NCBI GenBank assembly: GCA_900548635.1
Contig: URLP01000001.1
Location: forward strand, 1 to 44,134
DNA from: an uncultured Megasphaera sp.
GTDB lineage: Bacteria > Bacillota > Negativicutes > Veillonellales > Megasphaeraceae
Direction: 5' to 3'
Length of the DNA stretch: 44,134 bases
The notes under the pieces are model-generated. The model ran no database searches and was not told the DNA's origin. It was given only the letters and a program-made list of their open reading frames with translations. This document shows positions 1 through 10,519 of the stretch, piece by piece; the first letter of the stretch is position 1; each line of letters begins with the position of its first letter. Position numbers and translations under genes: made by a program.

Positions 1-1
1 C

Positions 2-325
2 CCGGGCTTCGAAGGCGGCCAGATGCCGTTGTATCGTTTGCTCCCGAAACGCGGTTTTAAAAATGTTTGGGCTAAAGAATATGCAGAAGTTAACGTTTCT
101 GTACTCAACCGCTTTGAAGACGGCACGACTGTTGATCCCGTCGCTCTCGTTGAAGCTGGCATCCTGAAAAATGTCCGCGACGGCGTCCGCGTCCTCGGCA
201 ATGGTGAACTCACCAAAAAGCTCACCGTCGTTGCAAACGGCTTCACGAAATCCGCAAAAGCGAAAATCGAAGCTGCCGGCGGCAAGGTTGTAGTACCGGG
301 AGAAGAACCGGTAGCAGAACAGTAG
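2..325 (+). CDS. rplO: 50S ribosomal protein L15 (5' truncated by window)
   Basis: Frame reads [19 protein letters not shown]...AKIEAAGG, the L15 signature; precedes secY. Confidence 0.97.
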   Translation, partial: PGFEGGQMPLYRLLPKRGFKNVWAKEYAEVNVSVLNRFEDGTTVDPVALVEAGILKNVRDGVRVLGNGELTKKLTVVANGFTKSAKAKIEAAGGKVVVPGEEPVAEQ

Positions 326-337
326 GGGTGATTTGCG

Positions 338-1600
338 GTGTTAGAAAACATCCAAAACGTGCTCAACGTTCCGGAATTCCGGAAACGGGCGGTCTTCACC
401 CTCATCATGTTCGTCATTTTCCGACTCGGCGTCCATATCCCCGTTCCGGGTGTTGATTCGTCAGTCATTGAAAGTCTTTTCAGCAGCGGCAACCTGTTCG
501 GACTCCTCGACTTGTTCGCCGGCGGAGCACTGAGTAAGTTCTCCATCCTGGCCATGAGCATCACGCCGTACATCAACGCGTCGATCATCATGCAGCTGCT
601 GACCGCCGTCGTCCCGACCTTTGAACAATGGGCCAAGGACAACCAGGACGGCCGCGATAAGATCCAGAAGGTCACGCGGTACGGCACGGTAGTCCTGGCA
701 TTGATCCAGGCTTTCGCCATGAGCTATGCGCTGAAAGTCAACAATGCCCTCATCGTCGACAGCTGGGCCATGGTCGTCATGGTCTCCCTGATCCTCACCG
801 CCGGCACATGCTTCCTCATGTGGCTCGGTGACCAGATCACAGCTGGCGGTATCGGCAACGGCATTTCACTCATCATCTTCGCAGGTATCGTAGCGCGCTT
901 CCCGCAGGGCTGCATGACGATTTATCAGTATATCCAGGCTGGTTCGATCAACATCTTCCAGGCCTTGCTTTTTGCTGTTATCGCCTTGTTCATGATCGTC
1001 GTGGTCATCGAAGTCACCCAGGGCCAGCGCCGCGTCACGGTCCAGTATGCGAAGCGTATCGTCGGCCGTAAGATGTATGGCGGTCACTCGACACACATTC
1101 CGCTGAAAGTCAACCAGGCCGGCGTCATCCCCATCATCTTTGCTTCGTCTGTACTGATGTTCCCGATTACCATCGCACAGTTCGTACAGAATCAGACAGT
1201 CCAGTGGATTGCAAGCTACTTTGCATGGGGCACTGTGACCAACACGGTCATGTACGCCGTTCTGATTATGTTCTTCACATATTTCTACACGGCTATTTCG
1301 CTGAATATCCCGCAGCTTACGGCAAACATGCAGAAGTACGGCGGCTTCATCCCCGGCATTCGCCCCGGCCAGCCGACGGCTATGTATATCGACCGCATCA
1401 TGACGAGAATCACCCTCGCCGGTGCCTTCTTCCTGGCTTTCGTAGCCATCCTGCCGAACTTCATCGGCTGGATCACGGGCATCCAGGGTGTCTACTTCGG
1501 CGGCACAGCCATCCTCATCGTCGTCGGTGTTGCCATCGATACGATGAAACAGGCAGAATCCTTAGTTTTGAATAGACAATATCAAGGATTTATGAAATAA
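338..1600 (+). CDS. secY: Preprotein translocase subunit SecY
   Basis: Multi-TM protein with HIPVPG, SITPYINASII, GIGNGISLIIF, FIPGIRPG motifs; GTG start. Confidence 0.98.
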   Translation: MLENIQNVLNVPEFRKRAVFTLIMFVIFRLGVHIPVPGVDSSVIESLFSSGNLFGLLDLFAGGALSKFSILAMSITPYINASIIMQLLTAVVPTFEQWAKDNQDGRDKIQKVTRYGTVVLALIQAFAMSYALKVNNALIVDSWAMVVMVSLILTAGTCFLMWLGDQITAGGIGNGISLIIFAGIVARFPQGCMTIYQYIQAGSINIFQALLFAVIALFMIVVVIEVTQGQRRVTVQYAKRIVGRKMYGGHSTHIPLKVNQAGVIPIIFASSVLMFPITIAQFVQNQTVQWIASYFAWGTVTNTVMYAVLIMFFTYFYTAISLNIPQLTANMQKYGGFIPGIRPGQPTAMYIDRIMTRITLAGAFFLAFVAILPNFIGWITGIQGVYFGGTAILIVVGVAIDTMKQAESLVLNRQYQGFMK

Positions 1601-1616
1601 TAAGGGGGTAGTTTGA

Positions 1617-2267
<651 letters not shown>

Positions 2268-2269
2268 GC

Positions 2270-3025
2270 ATGATTATTTTAAAATCGAAACGGGAAATTG
2301 AGTATATTCGCGAAGCTGGCCGCATTACGGCCAACGCCCTTCAGCTGATGAAGAAACTGGCAAAACCCGGCATCACGACGGGTGAACTCGACCAGCGCTG
2401 TGAAGAATACATCCGCAGCTGCGGCGCTTTTCCGAGCTGCAAAGGCTATTACGGGTTCCCGGCGACTATTTGCGCCAGCGTAAATGAAGAAGTCGTCCAC
2501 GGCATCCCGGGCCACCGCAAGCTTAAAGATGGCGATATAATCAGCATTGATTTGGTTGTCAACAAGAATGGCTACCATGGCGATTCGACGGTAACGATTC
2601 CTGTTGGCCACGTCCGTCCGGCGACCCTCAAGCTCTTGAAGGTCACGGAAGAAAGCCTTTATAAAGGCATCGAACAGGCCGTCGCAGGAAACCACCTCGG
2701 AGACATCGGCCACGCTGTCCAGGCCTATGCCGAATCCTTTGGCTACGGTGTCGTCCGCGATTACGTCGGCCACGGCATCGGCACGGACATGCACGAAGAT
2801 CCGGAAGTCCCGAACTACGGCATGCCGGGTCACGGCGAACTGCTGGAACCGGGCATGGTCCTGGCCATTGAACCGATGATCAATATGGGCACCGAAAAGG
2901 TCCGCCAGTTAAGCAACGGCTGGACCGTTGTCACGCGTGACGGCAAACCGGCAGCCCACTTCGAACATACAGTAGCCATCACGGAAAACGGTCCTGAAAT
3001 CCTGACCATCCCCGATGCAGAATAA
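2270..3025 (+). CDS. map: Type I methionine aminopeptidase
   Basis: [31 protein letters not shown] motifs. Confidence 0.97.
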   Translation: MIILKSKREIEYIREAGRITANALQLMKKLAKPGITTGELDQRCEEYIRSCGAFPSCKGYYGFPATICASVNEEVVHGIPGHRKLKDGDIISIDLVVNKNGYHGDSTVTIPVGHVRPATLKLLKVTEESLYKGIEQAVAGNHLGDIGHAVQAYAESFGYGVVRDYVGHGIGTDMHEDPEVPNYGMPGHGELLEPGMVLAIEPMINMGTEKVRQLSNGWTVVTRDGKPAAHFEHTVAITENGPEILTIPDAE

Positions 3026-3026
3026 G

Positions 3027-3296
3027 ATGGAACGGACACAGATGATACCTGTCTGCACGGTCGTAGAAAGCCTGGCAGGCAGGGACAAAGGCCGCTTGTA
3101 TGTTGTTGTCGGCAGTCTGGCTTATCCCTACGTATGGATTGCTGACGGTAGAAAGTACAACCTGGATAAGCCGAAGAAAAAGAATTGCCGGCATCTCCGG
3201 ATTTTGGCAGCGAGCGTATCCAGTGACAGCGCTGGTCCCTCGCGAATCAGCAATGAATGGATACGGTCCGTCCTGAACCGGGCTGTGAAGAATTGA
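3027..3296 (+). CDS. KOW-domain (L14e-like) RNA-binding protein; start uncertain (3015/3027/3042)
   Basis: [15 protein letters not shown]...ADG...KPKKKN; usual map-infA position in Firmicutes. Confidence 0.85.
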   Translation: MERTQMIPVCTVVESLAGRDKGRLYVVVGSLAYPYVWIADGRKYNLDKPKKKNCRHLRILAASVSSDSAGPSRISNEWIRSVLNRAVKN

Positions 3297-3310
3297 CCAG
3301 GGAGGTTACT

Positions 3311-3529
3311 ATGTCGAAGACAGATGTCATTGAAGTAGAAGGCGTCGTCGTTGAAGCTTTGCCAAACGCCATGTTTAAAGTCAAGCTTGAAAACGATCAC
3401 ATCGTGTTAGCGCACGTCTCCGGTAAAATGCGGATGAATTTCATTCGTATCCTTCCGGGCGACCGGGTAACACTTGAATTGACACCGTATGATCTGAATC
3501 GCGGTCGTATCACGTACCGCTTTAAGTAA
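3311..3529 (+). CDS. infA: Translation initiation factor IF-1
   Basis: GGAGG RBS then [22 protein letters not shown]...RGRITYR. Confidence 0.98.
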   Translation: MSKTDVIEVEGVVVEALPNAMFKVKLENDHIVLAHVSGKMRMNFIRILPGDRVTLELTPYDLNRGRITYRFK

Positions 3530-3552
3530 GAGTATTACGCAGGAGGTTAATG

Positions 3553-3666
3553 ATGAAGGTAAAACCGTCAGTTAAAAGAATTTGCGAAAAATGCAAAATT
3601 ATCAAACGTAAAGGCCGCGTCATGGTCATTTGCGAAAATCCGAAACATAAACAGAAACAGGGTTAA
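3553..3666 (+). CDS. rpmJ: 50S ribosomal protein L36 (zinc-binding type); not in ORF track
   Basis: Hand translation [46 protein letters not shown]. Confidence 0.98.
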   Translation: MKVKPSVKRICEKCKIIKRKGRVMVICENPKHKQKQG

Positions 3667-3689
3667 TATACCAGGAGGTGAATGAATAG

Positions 3690-4058
3690 ATGGCACGTAT
3701 AGCCGGTGTGGATTTACCACGTGATAAACGAGTTGAAATTGGTTTGACTTACATTTTAGGTATCGGTCTTTCTTCTTCCCAGAAGATCCTCGCTAAGACT
3801 GGCGTAAACCCGGATACCCGCGTTCGCGACCTGACTGAAGACGAAGTACAGAAGATCCGTGAAGTCATCGGTGCTGAATATAAAGTAGAAGGCGACCTTC
3901 GCCGTGACACGGCAATGAACATCAAACGCCTGATCGAAGTTAATTCGTATCGCGGCAAACGTCATCGTGCAGGTCTTCCGGTCCGCGGTCAGCGCACAAA
4001 GACCAACGCACGTACGCGCAAAGGTCCGAGAAAAGCTGTAGCAGGCAAGAAGAAATAA
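3690..4058 (+). CDS. rpsM: 30S ribosomal protein S13
   Basis: [10 protein letters not shown]...[18 protein letters not shown]. Confidence 0.98.
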   Translation: MARIAGVDLPRDKRVEIGLTYILGIGLSSSQKILAKTGVNPDTRVRDLTEDEVQKIREVIGAEYKVEGDLRRDTAMNIKRLIEVNSYRGKRHRAGLPVRGQRTKTNARTRKGPRKAVAGKKK

Positions 4059-4086
4059 GATTCTTTAAGTAAGGAGGGAAACGATT

Positions 4087-4476
4087 TTGGCTAAGAACGT
4101 AAGAAGCAACAAAAGAAAAGAAAAGAAACATGTAGAATCGGGCGCAGCACATATCCGTTCTACTTTCAATAACACGATCGTTACGATTACTGACGCAAAA
4201 GGCAATGCACTGTCCTGGGCAAGTGCCGGCGGCCTCGGTTTCCGCGGTTCCCGTAAGAGCACTCCGTTCGCAGCACAGATGGCTGCTGAACAGGCTGCCA
4301 AAGCTGCCATGGAACATGGCCTCCGTCAGGTAGAAGTTTTCGTTAAAGGCCCGGGCTCCGGCCGTGAAGCTGCTATCCGCGCACTGCAGGCTGCAGGTCT
4401 TGAAGTCAACTCCATCAAAGACGTAACTCCTATTCCGCATAACGGCTGCCGTCCGCCGAAACGGAGACGCGTATAA
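4087..4476 (+). CDS. rpsK: 30S ribosomal protein S11
   Basis: [40 protein letters not shown] start. Confidence 0.98.
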   Translation: MAKNVRSNKRKEKKHVESGAAHIRSTFNNTIVTITDAKGNALSWASAGGLGFRGSRKSTPFAAQMAAEQAAKAAMEHGLRQVEVFVKGPGSGREAAIRALQAAGLEVNSIKDVTPIPHNGCRPPKRRRV

Positions 4477-4529
4477 TTCGTAAATAATTAACCAAGGTGT
4501 TTTGATTCTGAAATAGGAGGATTTTCCTA

Positions 4530-5510
4530 ATGATCGATGATAACAAGTTTAAAGTTAATCCCGTTGAAATCAAAGAAGACGGTACCTATGGAAAATTCGT
4601 ATGTGAACCTCTCGATCGGGGTTACGGAATCACATTGGGTAATAGTTTGCGGCGTGTCCTCCTGGCCTCTCTGGATGGCGTAGCAATCACTTCGATTAAA
4701 ATCGATGGTGTGCTCCATGAATTTTCGACCATCCCCGGCGTTCGGGAAGATGTTTCGGAAATCATCCTCAACCTCAAACAGGTTCGGATGAAATTCCTGG
4801 ACGATGATGTTGACGAACTCGACATCACTGTCGATATCTCTGGTGAATGTGAATTCACTGCAAACGATCTTAACGTAAACTCAGACATTGAAATTTTGAA
4901 CCCGGATCTTCATATTGCCACGCTGGATACGGATGCTCACATCCGCATGCAGTGCCACATTGAACGCGGCAAAGGGTATGTTCCTTCTACGAAGAACAAG
5001 AAAGAAACGGATATGATCGGGGTCATCCCCATCGATTCCATCTTTTCGCCTATTGTGCGCACCAATTACGAAGTAGGCAATATCCGGGTCGGCAACGAAA
5101 TGGATTACGATTCGTTGACGCTTGAAGTAACGACGGACGGCAGCATCTCTGCTGAAAACGCCGTCGCCAAAGCTGCATCCATTATGATCAGCTACCTGAA
5201 TTACTTCCAGGACATCGCTACGGACGCTAAAGTCAACGATGCATTGGCACCCTTTACCAATGCCGACGGCGAAGAACCGGAAGAACCGGCAGAACCGGAC
5301 CTCTCGGAAATCAAGATCGACGTCCTGGATCTCTCCGTACGTGCTTCGAACTGCTTGAAACGCGCCAATATCTATACCTTGGCGGACCTCGTAGAACGGA
5401 CGGAAGATGACTTGTCGAAGATTCGCAACCTCGGCAAGAAGTCTGTCGACGAAATCATTGAAAAGTTGCAAAAAGAAGGTTACTACTTGAAATCGAGTAA
5501 CGAAGAATAG
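4530..5510 (+). CDS. rpoA: RNA polymerase subunit alpha
   Basis: EPLDRGYGITLGNSLRRVLL, LHEFSTIPGVRED, alphaCTD LSVRASNCLKRA..NLGKKS. Confidence 0.98.
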   Translation: MIDDNKFKVNPVEIKEDGTYGKFVCEPLDRGYGITLGNSLRRVLLASLDGVAITSIKIDGVLHEFSTIPGVREDVSEIILNLKQVRMKFLDDDVDELDITVDISGECEFTANDLNVNSDIEILNPDLHIATLDTDAHIRMQCHIERGKGYVPSTKNKKETDMIGVIPIDSIFSPIVRTNYEVGNIRVGNEMDYDSLTLEVTTDGSISAENAVAKAASIMISYLNYFQDIATDAKVNDALAPFTNADGEEPEEPAEPDLSEIKIDVLDLSVRASNCLKRANIYTLADLVERTEDDLSKIRNLGKKSVDEIIEKLQKEGYYLKSSNEE

Positions 5511-5527
5511 TTCGAGGAGGATGAACG

Positions 5528-5866
5528 ATGGCTTATAGAAAGTTGGGACGAGACAGCTCCGCACGCAAAGCATTGCTGCGCAGCATTGTCACCTCTTTAT
5601 TCCAGCATGAACGCATTGAAACGACAGAAGCAAAGGCAAAAGAACTTCGCAAAGTCGCTGACAAAATGCTTACCCTCGCAAAACGCGGCGACCTCCACGC
5701 TCGCCGTCAGGTCTTGGCATACATGATGGATGAAGACGTAGTCAAAAAACTGTTTGACGAAATCGCACCGAAATACAAAGATCGCCAGGGCGGTTACACA
5801 CGCATCATCAAAACTGGCGTTCGCCAGGGCGATGCTGCTCCGATGGTAATCATCGAATTAGTATAA
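5528..5866 (+). CDS. rplQ: 50S ribosomal protein L17
   Basis: MAYRKLGR...[10 protein letters not shown]...[16 protein letters not shown]. Confidence 0.98.
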   Translation: MAYRKLGRDSSARKALLRSIVTSLFQHERIETTEAKAKELRKVADKMLTLAKRGDLHARRQVLAYMMDEDVVKKLFDEIAPKYKDRQGGYTRIIKTGVRQGDAAPMVIIELV

Positions 5867-5878
5867 GCTTGGAACGAC

Positions 5879-5913
5879 AAAAAAAGGAGCTGTCTCGCGA
5901 CAGCTCCTTTTTT
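5879..5913 (+). terminator. Rho-independent terminator of the alpha operon
   Basis: AAAAAAAGGAGCTGTC-TCGC-GACAGCTCCTTTTTT. Confidence 0.85.
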
Positions 5914-5943
5914 GCAGTTAGCAGTCGGCCGTCCGCGGTCCGC

Positions 5944-6014
5944 CTCGGACTCAGATGCAGCGTGCCGCTGCGACAGACTCAAACTGACAATGCGTCCTCG
6001 GGTGCCCCTACGGG
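5944..6014 (+). repeat. REP-like class-A element (CTCGGACTCAGAT-hairpin-GACAGACTCAAA-ACTGACAATGCGTCCTCGG)
   Basis: Close similarity to copies at 18935, 24769 and 25875. Confidence 0.85.
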
Positions 6015-6141
6015 TAACACCGTGTACGTATTCCAGAAAGGCCCCTAACAGGGGCCACCGCAGGGGACGCCCTAATCGGCGTCCCGCGCGCTCCTGCACC
6101 ATCAGGTGCCTTACATCAAACTCAACAAGGAGGAATGAAAA

Positions 6142-6576
6142 ATGCACTACCGTATGATGCTGGCGGTGAACTTTACGCCGGAACGCCTGGACCAGGTCAA
6201 GCTCCTGGCCCTGCTGACCAAATCGAAAGTGAAAGCCGTCAAAGAAGAAGAAAAAAATGAAACTGTTGGCAAAGTCCTCGGTCTGACGGACGAAGAAATC
6301 GCTGAAATCGCTGCCATGAAGCAGGAAACAGAAGCGACGAAAGTCCACGAAAAGATGAACGAAGACGAAAAACTGCCGCCGGTCACTAAAGAAGCCCTGA
6401 TCCTCTGCGGCTTCGACAACAACGCCGTCAACCTGCTCCTAAGCAGCATCCGCCGGGGCCGCCTGAAAAACGTCCCCCTCAAGGCCATGCTGACGCCGAA
6501 CAACATTTCCTGGACCATCGAAACGATCCTTCAGGAACTGTCGAAGGAACATGAATATTTCCATAAAAAGAGGTAA
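6142..6576 (+). CDS. DUF3783-like hypothetical protein
   Basis: GGAGG RBS; C-terminal LKAMLTPNNISWTIETILQELSKEHE resembles DUF3783. Confidence 0.7.
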   Translation: MHYRMMLAVNFTPERLDQVKLLALLTKSKVKAVKEEEKNETVGKVLGLTDEEIAEIAAMKQETEATKVHEKMNEDEKLPPVTKEALILCGFDNNAVNLLLSSIRRGRLKNVPLKAMLTPNNISWTIETILQELSKEHEYFHKKR

Positions 6577-6582
6577 GGTCAG

Positions 6583-7113
6583 ATGAGACCGACGACACTT
6601 TGTTTTCCCGTCCGCGAGGACGGGAAAATTTTATTGGGCCGCAAGAAACGCGGCTTCGGCGTGAGCAAATGGAACGGCTTCGGCGGCAAGATCGAAAAGG
6701 GTGAAGACTTCCTCCAGTGTGCCGTCCGCGAGCTCCGGGAAGAAACAGGCCTCATCGCCAAAGAAGAAGACCTCGAATTCACAGGCTTCCTCGACTTCCA
6801 CTTCCCGGCCTCACCAGAACTCAACCACATCGGCTACGTCTACTTCCTGCACCGCTGGAATGGTACCGTCGAGGAAACAGAAGAAATGGAACCGCACTGG
6901 TTTGACCCAAAGGACTTTCCCTACGACGAAATGTGGAAAGGCGACCGCACCTGGATTCCCATGCTCCTCAAAGGAGAAAAAGTAAAAGGCATCATCACTT
7001 TCGCCGCCGACAACGACAGAGTCGCGAAGATGGAATTCAGCCGAATAGGAGCCTGGGGGCGCCGCCGTCCGCAGGCGGCCGTCCGGAAAGGCCCCTTATT
7101 AGGGGAGCCTTAA
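6583..7113 (+). CDS. NUDIX hydrolase, 8-oxo-dGTP diphosphatase (NUDT1-like)
   Basis: KKRGFG..KWNGFGGKIEKGE....CAVRELREETGL Nudix box; ETEEMEPHWF, PYDEMW. Confidence 0.9.
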   Translation: MRPTTLCFPVREDGKILLGRKKRGFGVSKWNGFGGKIEKGEDFLQCAVRELREETGLIAKEEDLEFTGFLDFHFPASPELNHIGYVYFLHRWNGTVEETEEMEPHWFDPKDFPYDEMWKGDRTWIPMLLKGEKVKGIITFAADNDRVAKMEFSRIGAWGRRRPQAAVRKGPLLGEP

Positions 7114-7167
7114 AATTTATGGAATGTTTAATATAGTATAATATACTGGTTAGGAGATGGCGGTTTA

Positions 7168-7923
7168 ATGATAGACAGGGATTTTGTGGTGGCCCAGTTC
7201 CGGCGTTATGTCGATGGCTTTGATCAGTCTGAGGAGGGCGTGCGCTTGAAGTATGCTCATTCGCTGCGGGTCAGTGCCCTTTGTGAGGAAATTGCGGCGA
7301 GTCTTGGTTTGCCCTCGGCGGACCGGGATTTGGCCTGGCTCATCGGTGTGCTCCATGATATCGGCCGTTTCGAGCAGCTGCGGGAATATCATACCTTTGT
7401 CGATTACCGCTCTATGGACCATGCCAAGTACGGCGCCCACTATCTCTTTGCCGACGGCCATATCCGCGATTTCCTGGCCGATGAGGCTGATGACGACGTC
7501 ATCTGTGCGGCCATCGATCAGCATAATGTCTATCAGCTGCGGGACGGTCTGACGCCGCGCCAGCTCCTCTTCTGCCGCCTCATCCGCGATGCGGACAAGT
7601 TGGATATTTTCCGGGTCTATGTCATGTATCTGGAGCAGGGGAAGAATATCTGGCATACGAATCTGGATGATTTCGAAAAGCAGGCTGTTTCGCCGGCTGT
7701 CCTGGCCCAGGCGCGGCAGAAAAAGCTCGTGCGCACGCAGGATAAGAAGAATTTCATCGATTTCTATATCGGCGCCCTTTGCCTCTATTTCGATTTGAAT
7801 TATCCTAAGAGCCGGGAGTTGGCCTGGGAGCAGGGATACTACGGCAAGCTCCTGGCCTTTCATTCGCAGAACGGCGAAAGTGAAGCGGCGCTGGATGAAA
7901 TACGCCGCCTGGTCCGTGCTTGA
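7168..7923 (+). CDS. HD-domain phosphohydrolase
   Basis: HSLRV, LHDIGRF, DHA, IRDADKLD motifs. Confidence 0.88.
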   Translation: MIDRDFVVAQFRRYVDGFDQSEEGVRLKYAHSLRVSALCEEIAASLGLPSADRDLAWLIGVLHDIGRFEQLREYHTFVDYRSMDHAKYGAHYLFADGHIRDFLADEADDDVICAAIDQHNVYQLRDGLTPRQLLFCRLIRDADKLDIFRVYVMYLEQGKNIWHTNLDDFEKQAVSPAVLAQARQKKLVRTQDKKNFIDFYIGALCLYFDLNYPKSRELAWEQGYYGKLLAFHSQNGESEAALDEIRRLVRA

Positions 7924-8023
7924 AGTTCATTTGCAACGACTTCGCTTTATTGATACAATGTATATGCAATAACTCGATAAATCTTCTATTATATATGATG
8001 TAAAGTATAGGGGGATAAAAGGT

Positions 8024-8965
8024 ATGGAAATTTTGGTTACTGGCGGTGCCGGTTTCATTGGCTCGCATTTGCTGCAGCTGCTGCAGGCACGGGGCATACA
8101 GACCGTGGTCTTTGATAATCTGGGCAGCGGTTCGCAGGAATATGTGCCGGCGGGCATGGAACTGGTCGAAGGCGATGTCCGCGATGCGGCTGCCGTCGAT
8201 GCTGTCATGGCGGCGCATCATTTCGACGCCGTCGTCCATCTGGCTGCGCAGACCATGGTGCCGACGTCCGTGGAAGATCCGGTCCTCGACTGCCAGATCA
8301 ATCTGGAAGGCGTCCTCCATATCTTGGAAAGCTGCCGCCGCCACGGTGTGCCGCACGTCCTCTTTTCGTCCAGTGCGGCCGTTTACGGCGACAACCTGAA
8401 TATCCCCCTGCAGGAGACGGAAGTACTCGCGCCGACGTCGCCTTACGGCATCACGAAGATGACGACGGAACATTATCTGCGCGTCTATCATGAACTCTAC
8501 GGCATGGATGCCACGGTCTTCCGCTTTGCCAACGTCTACGGCGAACGACAGGGAGAAAAGGGCGAAGGTGGTGTGGTCAGCATTTTCTGCAAGCTCCTTT
8601 CCCAGGGCAAGGGCATTACGGTCTTCGGTGACGGCAAACAGACCCGGGATTTCGTCTACGCCGGTGATATCGCCCGGGCTATCGTCCAAGCGCTGGATCT
8701 CAAAGGCTATCATACGATCAATGTTTCGACGGGGCAGGAAACGAGCATCAACGACCTCATCCATTCCTTCGAACAGGCCGTAGGGCATAAGATCGACGTC
8801 ACCTACACGGCACCGCGCACGGGCGATATCCTGCGCTCGGTCCTCAGCAACGGGAATTTGGTGAACGAACTGGGCATCGAACCGGAAATGGATTTGCCGG
8901 CAGGGATTAAGCGGACCTATGAATGGTACTGCGGGTCGGACTCAGATGCGGCTGCGCCGCGATAA
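8024..8965 (+). CDS. NAD-dependent epimerase/dehydratase (UDP-glucose 4-epimerase-like)
   Basis: VTGGAGFIGSH, HLAAQ, SSSAAVYG, YGITK (YxxxK), RFANVYG, TRDFVY. Confidence 0.92.
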   Translation: MEILVTGGAGFIGSHLLQLLQARGIQTVVFDNLGSGSQEYVPAGMELVEGDVRDAAAVDAVMAAHHFDAVVHLAAQTMVPTSVEDPVLDCQINLEGVLHILESCRRHGVPHVLFSSSAAVYGDNLNIPLQETEVLAPTSPYGITKMTTEHYLRVYHELYGMDATVFRFANVYGERQGEKGEGGVVSIFCKLLSQGKGITVFGDGKQTRDFVYAGDIARAIVQALDLKGYHTINVSTGQETSINDLIHSFEQAVGHKIDVTYTAPRTGDILRSVLSNGNLVNELGIEPEMDLPAGIKRTYEWYCGSDSDAAAPR

Positions 8966-9112
8966 ACTCAGAAGGAATAAGGGGCTGTCGCTTTTTGCGA
9001 GCAGCCCCTTTCGTAGTTCGTGGTTCGTTTGGCGTTCGCGAAACGGGCTCGCTGGCGCATCGCCGCGGCTCGGATTCAGATGCGGCGTGCCGCCGGTTAT
9101 GGCGGCCCCTAC
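8936..9112 (+). repeat. Cluster of two class-A REP-like hairpins, a terminator-like hairpin and a GTAG-REP end (CCCCTAC)
   Basis: TCGGACTCAGAT GCGGC-TGC-GCCGC at 8936; CTCGGATTCAGAT GCGGC-GT-GCCGC at 9069; hairpin 8979-9011. Confidence 0.75.
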
Positions 9113-9186
9113 TTGACAGCTTCTGTAAAACATGACACAATTAATTAGATATGCCTATATAAACATTATATACAGGAGGAGCAGCC

Positions 9187-9900
9187 ATGGCAGATGATCG
9201 TATTATTACGGCTTTGGACGTCCATTCGCTGGACGATATGAAGAAGCTCGTCACTACGCTTGGTGACAGTGTTTCTTTTTATAAAGTCGGTATGGAATTG
9301 TTTTACAGTGCCGGTCCCGATGCGGTGCGCTATTTGAAGGATCAGGGAAAGCATGTTTTCCTCGACCTCAAGGTCCATGATATTCCCAACACGGTGGCCC
9401 AGAGTATCCGTGCTCTGACGCGTCTCGGCGCCGATTTGATGACACTCCACGGTACGGGCGGCCGGGCCATGATGGAAGCGGCAGCCGAAGCGGTCCGCGA
9501 TGAAGCGGCGAAGTTGAATATTGAACGGCCGCGCCTTTTGGCGGTCACGGTCCTGACCAGCATCGATGAAGAAGCATGGAAGGAAATCGGCGGCAAGTAC
9601 AGTATTGCCGAATCCGTCAAGAATCTGGCGAAACTGGCGAAGGAAGCCGGCATCGACGGGACTGTTTCTTCGCCGTATGAAGCGAAGGAAATCCGGGAAA
9701 TGAATGGGCCCGATTTTCTCATCGTCACGCCGGGCATCCGTCCGACCTTTGCCGTCGCCAACGACCAGAAGCGCTTTACGACGCCGTCCCAGGCACTCCG
9801 CGACGGGGCTTCTCATTTGGTCATCGGCCGGCCGATTACGAAAGCCGCGGATCCGAAGGAAGCAGCCGAAAAGATTTTAGCAGAAATTCAGGGGGTATGA
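9187..9900 (+). CDS. pyrF: Orotidine-5'-phosphate decarboxylase
   Basis: ALD, YKVG, FLDLKVHDIPNT, VTVLTS, VTPGIRP, LVIGRPI. Confidence 0.97.
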   Translation: MADDRIITALDVHSLDDMKKLVTTLGDSVSFYKVGMELFYSAGPDAVRYLKDQGKHVFLDLKVHDIPNTVAQSIRALTRLGADLMTLHGTGGRAMMEAAAEAVRDEAAKLNIERPRLLAVTVLTSIDEEAWKEIGGKYSIAESVKNLAKLAKEAGIDGTVSSPYEAKEIREMNGPDFLIVTPGIRPTFAVANDQKRFTTPSQALRDGASHLVIGRPITKAADPKEAAEKILAEIQGV

Positions 9901-9906
9901 TTCACT

Positions 9907-10494
9907 ATGATGACAGAAGAAGAAGTAAGACAGTTGTTAGTTGACACGAAAGCCGTTCTCGAAGGCCATTTCCTTTTGACGTCCGGCCTGCACAGCCCGC
10001 TTTATGTTGAAAAATTCAATGTCCTCCAGCATCCGGAATATACGGAAAAGCTCTGCAAGGAATTGGCAGAACGCTTCAAGGACCAGAACGTCCAGACCGT
10101 CATGGGCCCCATGACCGGCGGTATTTTGCTTGCTCATGAAGTCGGCAAAGCCCTCGGTACGCGCGCTATCTTCACGGAACGTGAAAAGGGTGTAATGACG
10201 CTGCGCCGCGGCTTCCATATCGAACCGGGTGAACGCGTCCTCATCGTCGAAGATATCGTCACCACCGGCGGTTCTGTTCAGGAAGTCGTCAATGTCGTCA
10301 AGAAAGCCGGCGGCGTCATCGTCGGTGTCGGTCTCCTCGTCGACCGCAGCGGCGGCAAGGCTGAATTCGGCGTACCGAAAGATAAGGTCCAGGCCCTGCT
10401 TCACTTGACGGTTCCGACGTACAAACCGGAAGAATGCCCGCTCTGCAAACAGGGTATCCCCATGACGGAACGCGGCAGCCACCATCTGAAATAA
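9907..10494 (+). CDS. pyrE: Orotate phosphoribosyltransferase
   Basis: GHFLLTSGLHS, LIVEDIVTTGGS PRPP motif, VDRS. Confidence 0.97.
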   Translation: MMTEEEVRQLLVDTKAVLEGHFLLTSGLHSPLYVEKFNVLQHPEYTEKLCKELAERFKDQNVQTVMGPMTGGILLAHEVGKALGTRAIFTEREKGVMTLRRGFHIEPGERVLIVEDIVTTGGSVQEVVNVVKKAGGVIVGVGLLVDRSGGKAEFGVPKDKVQALLHLTVPTYKPEECPLCKQGIPMTERGSHHLK

Positions 10495-10519
10495 TCTGGA
10501 TCAGGAGATGTTTGTTTAA

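Noticed and set aside
5912..6157. Short ORFs over repeat regions (also 8919-9135, 18832-19020, 25785-26078)
   Set aside because: Translations of REP hairpins (recurrent SDSDAA), no RBS
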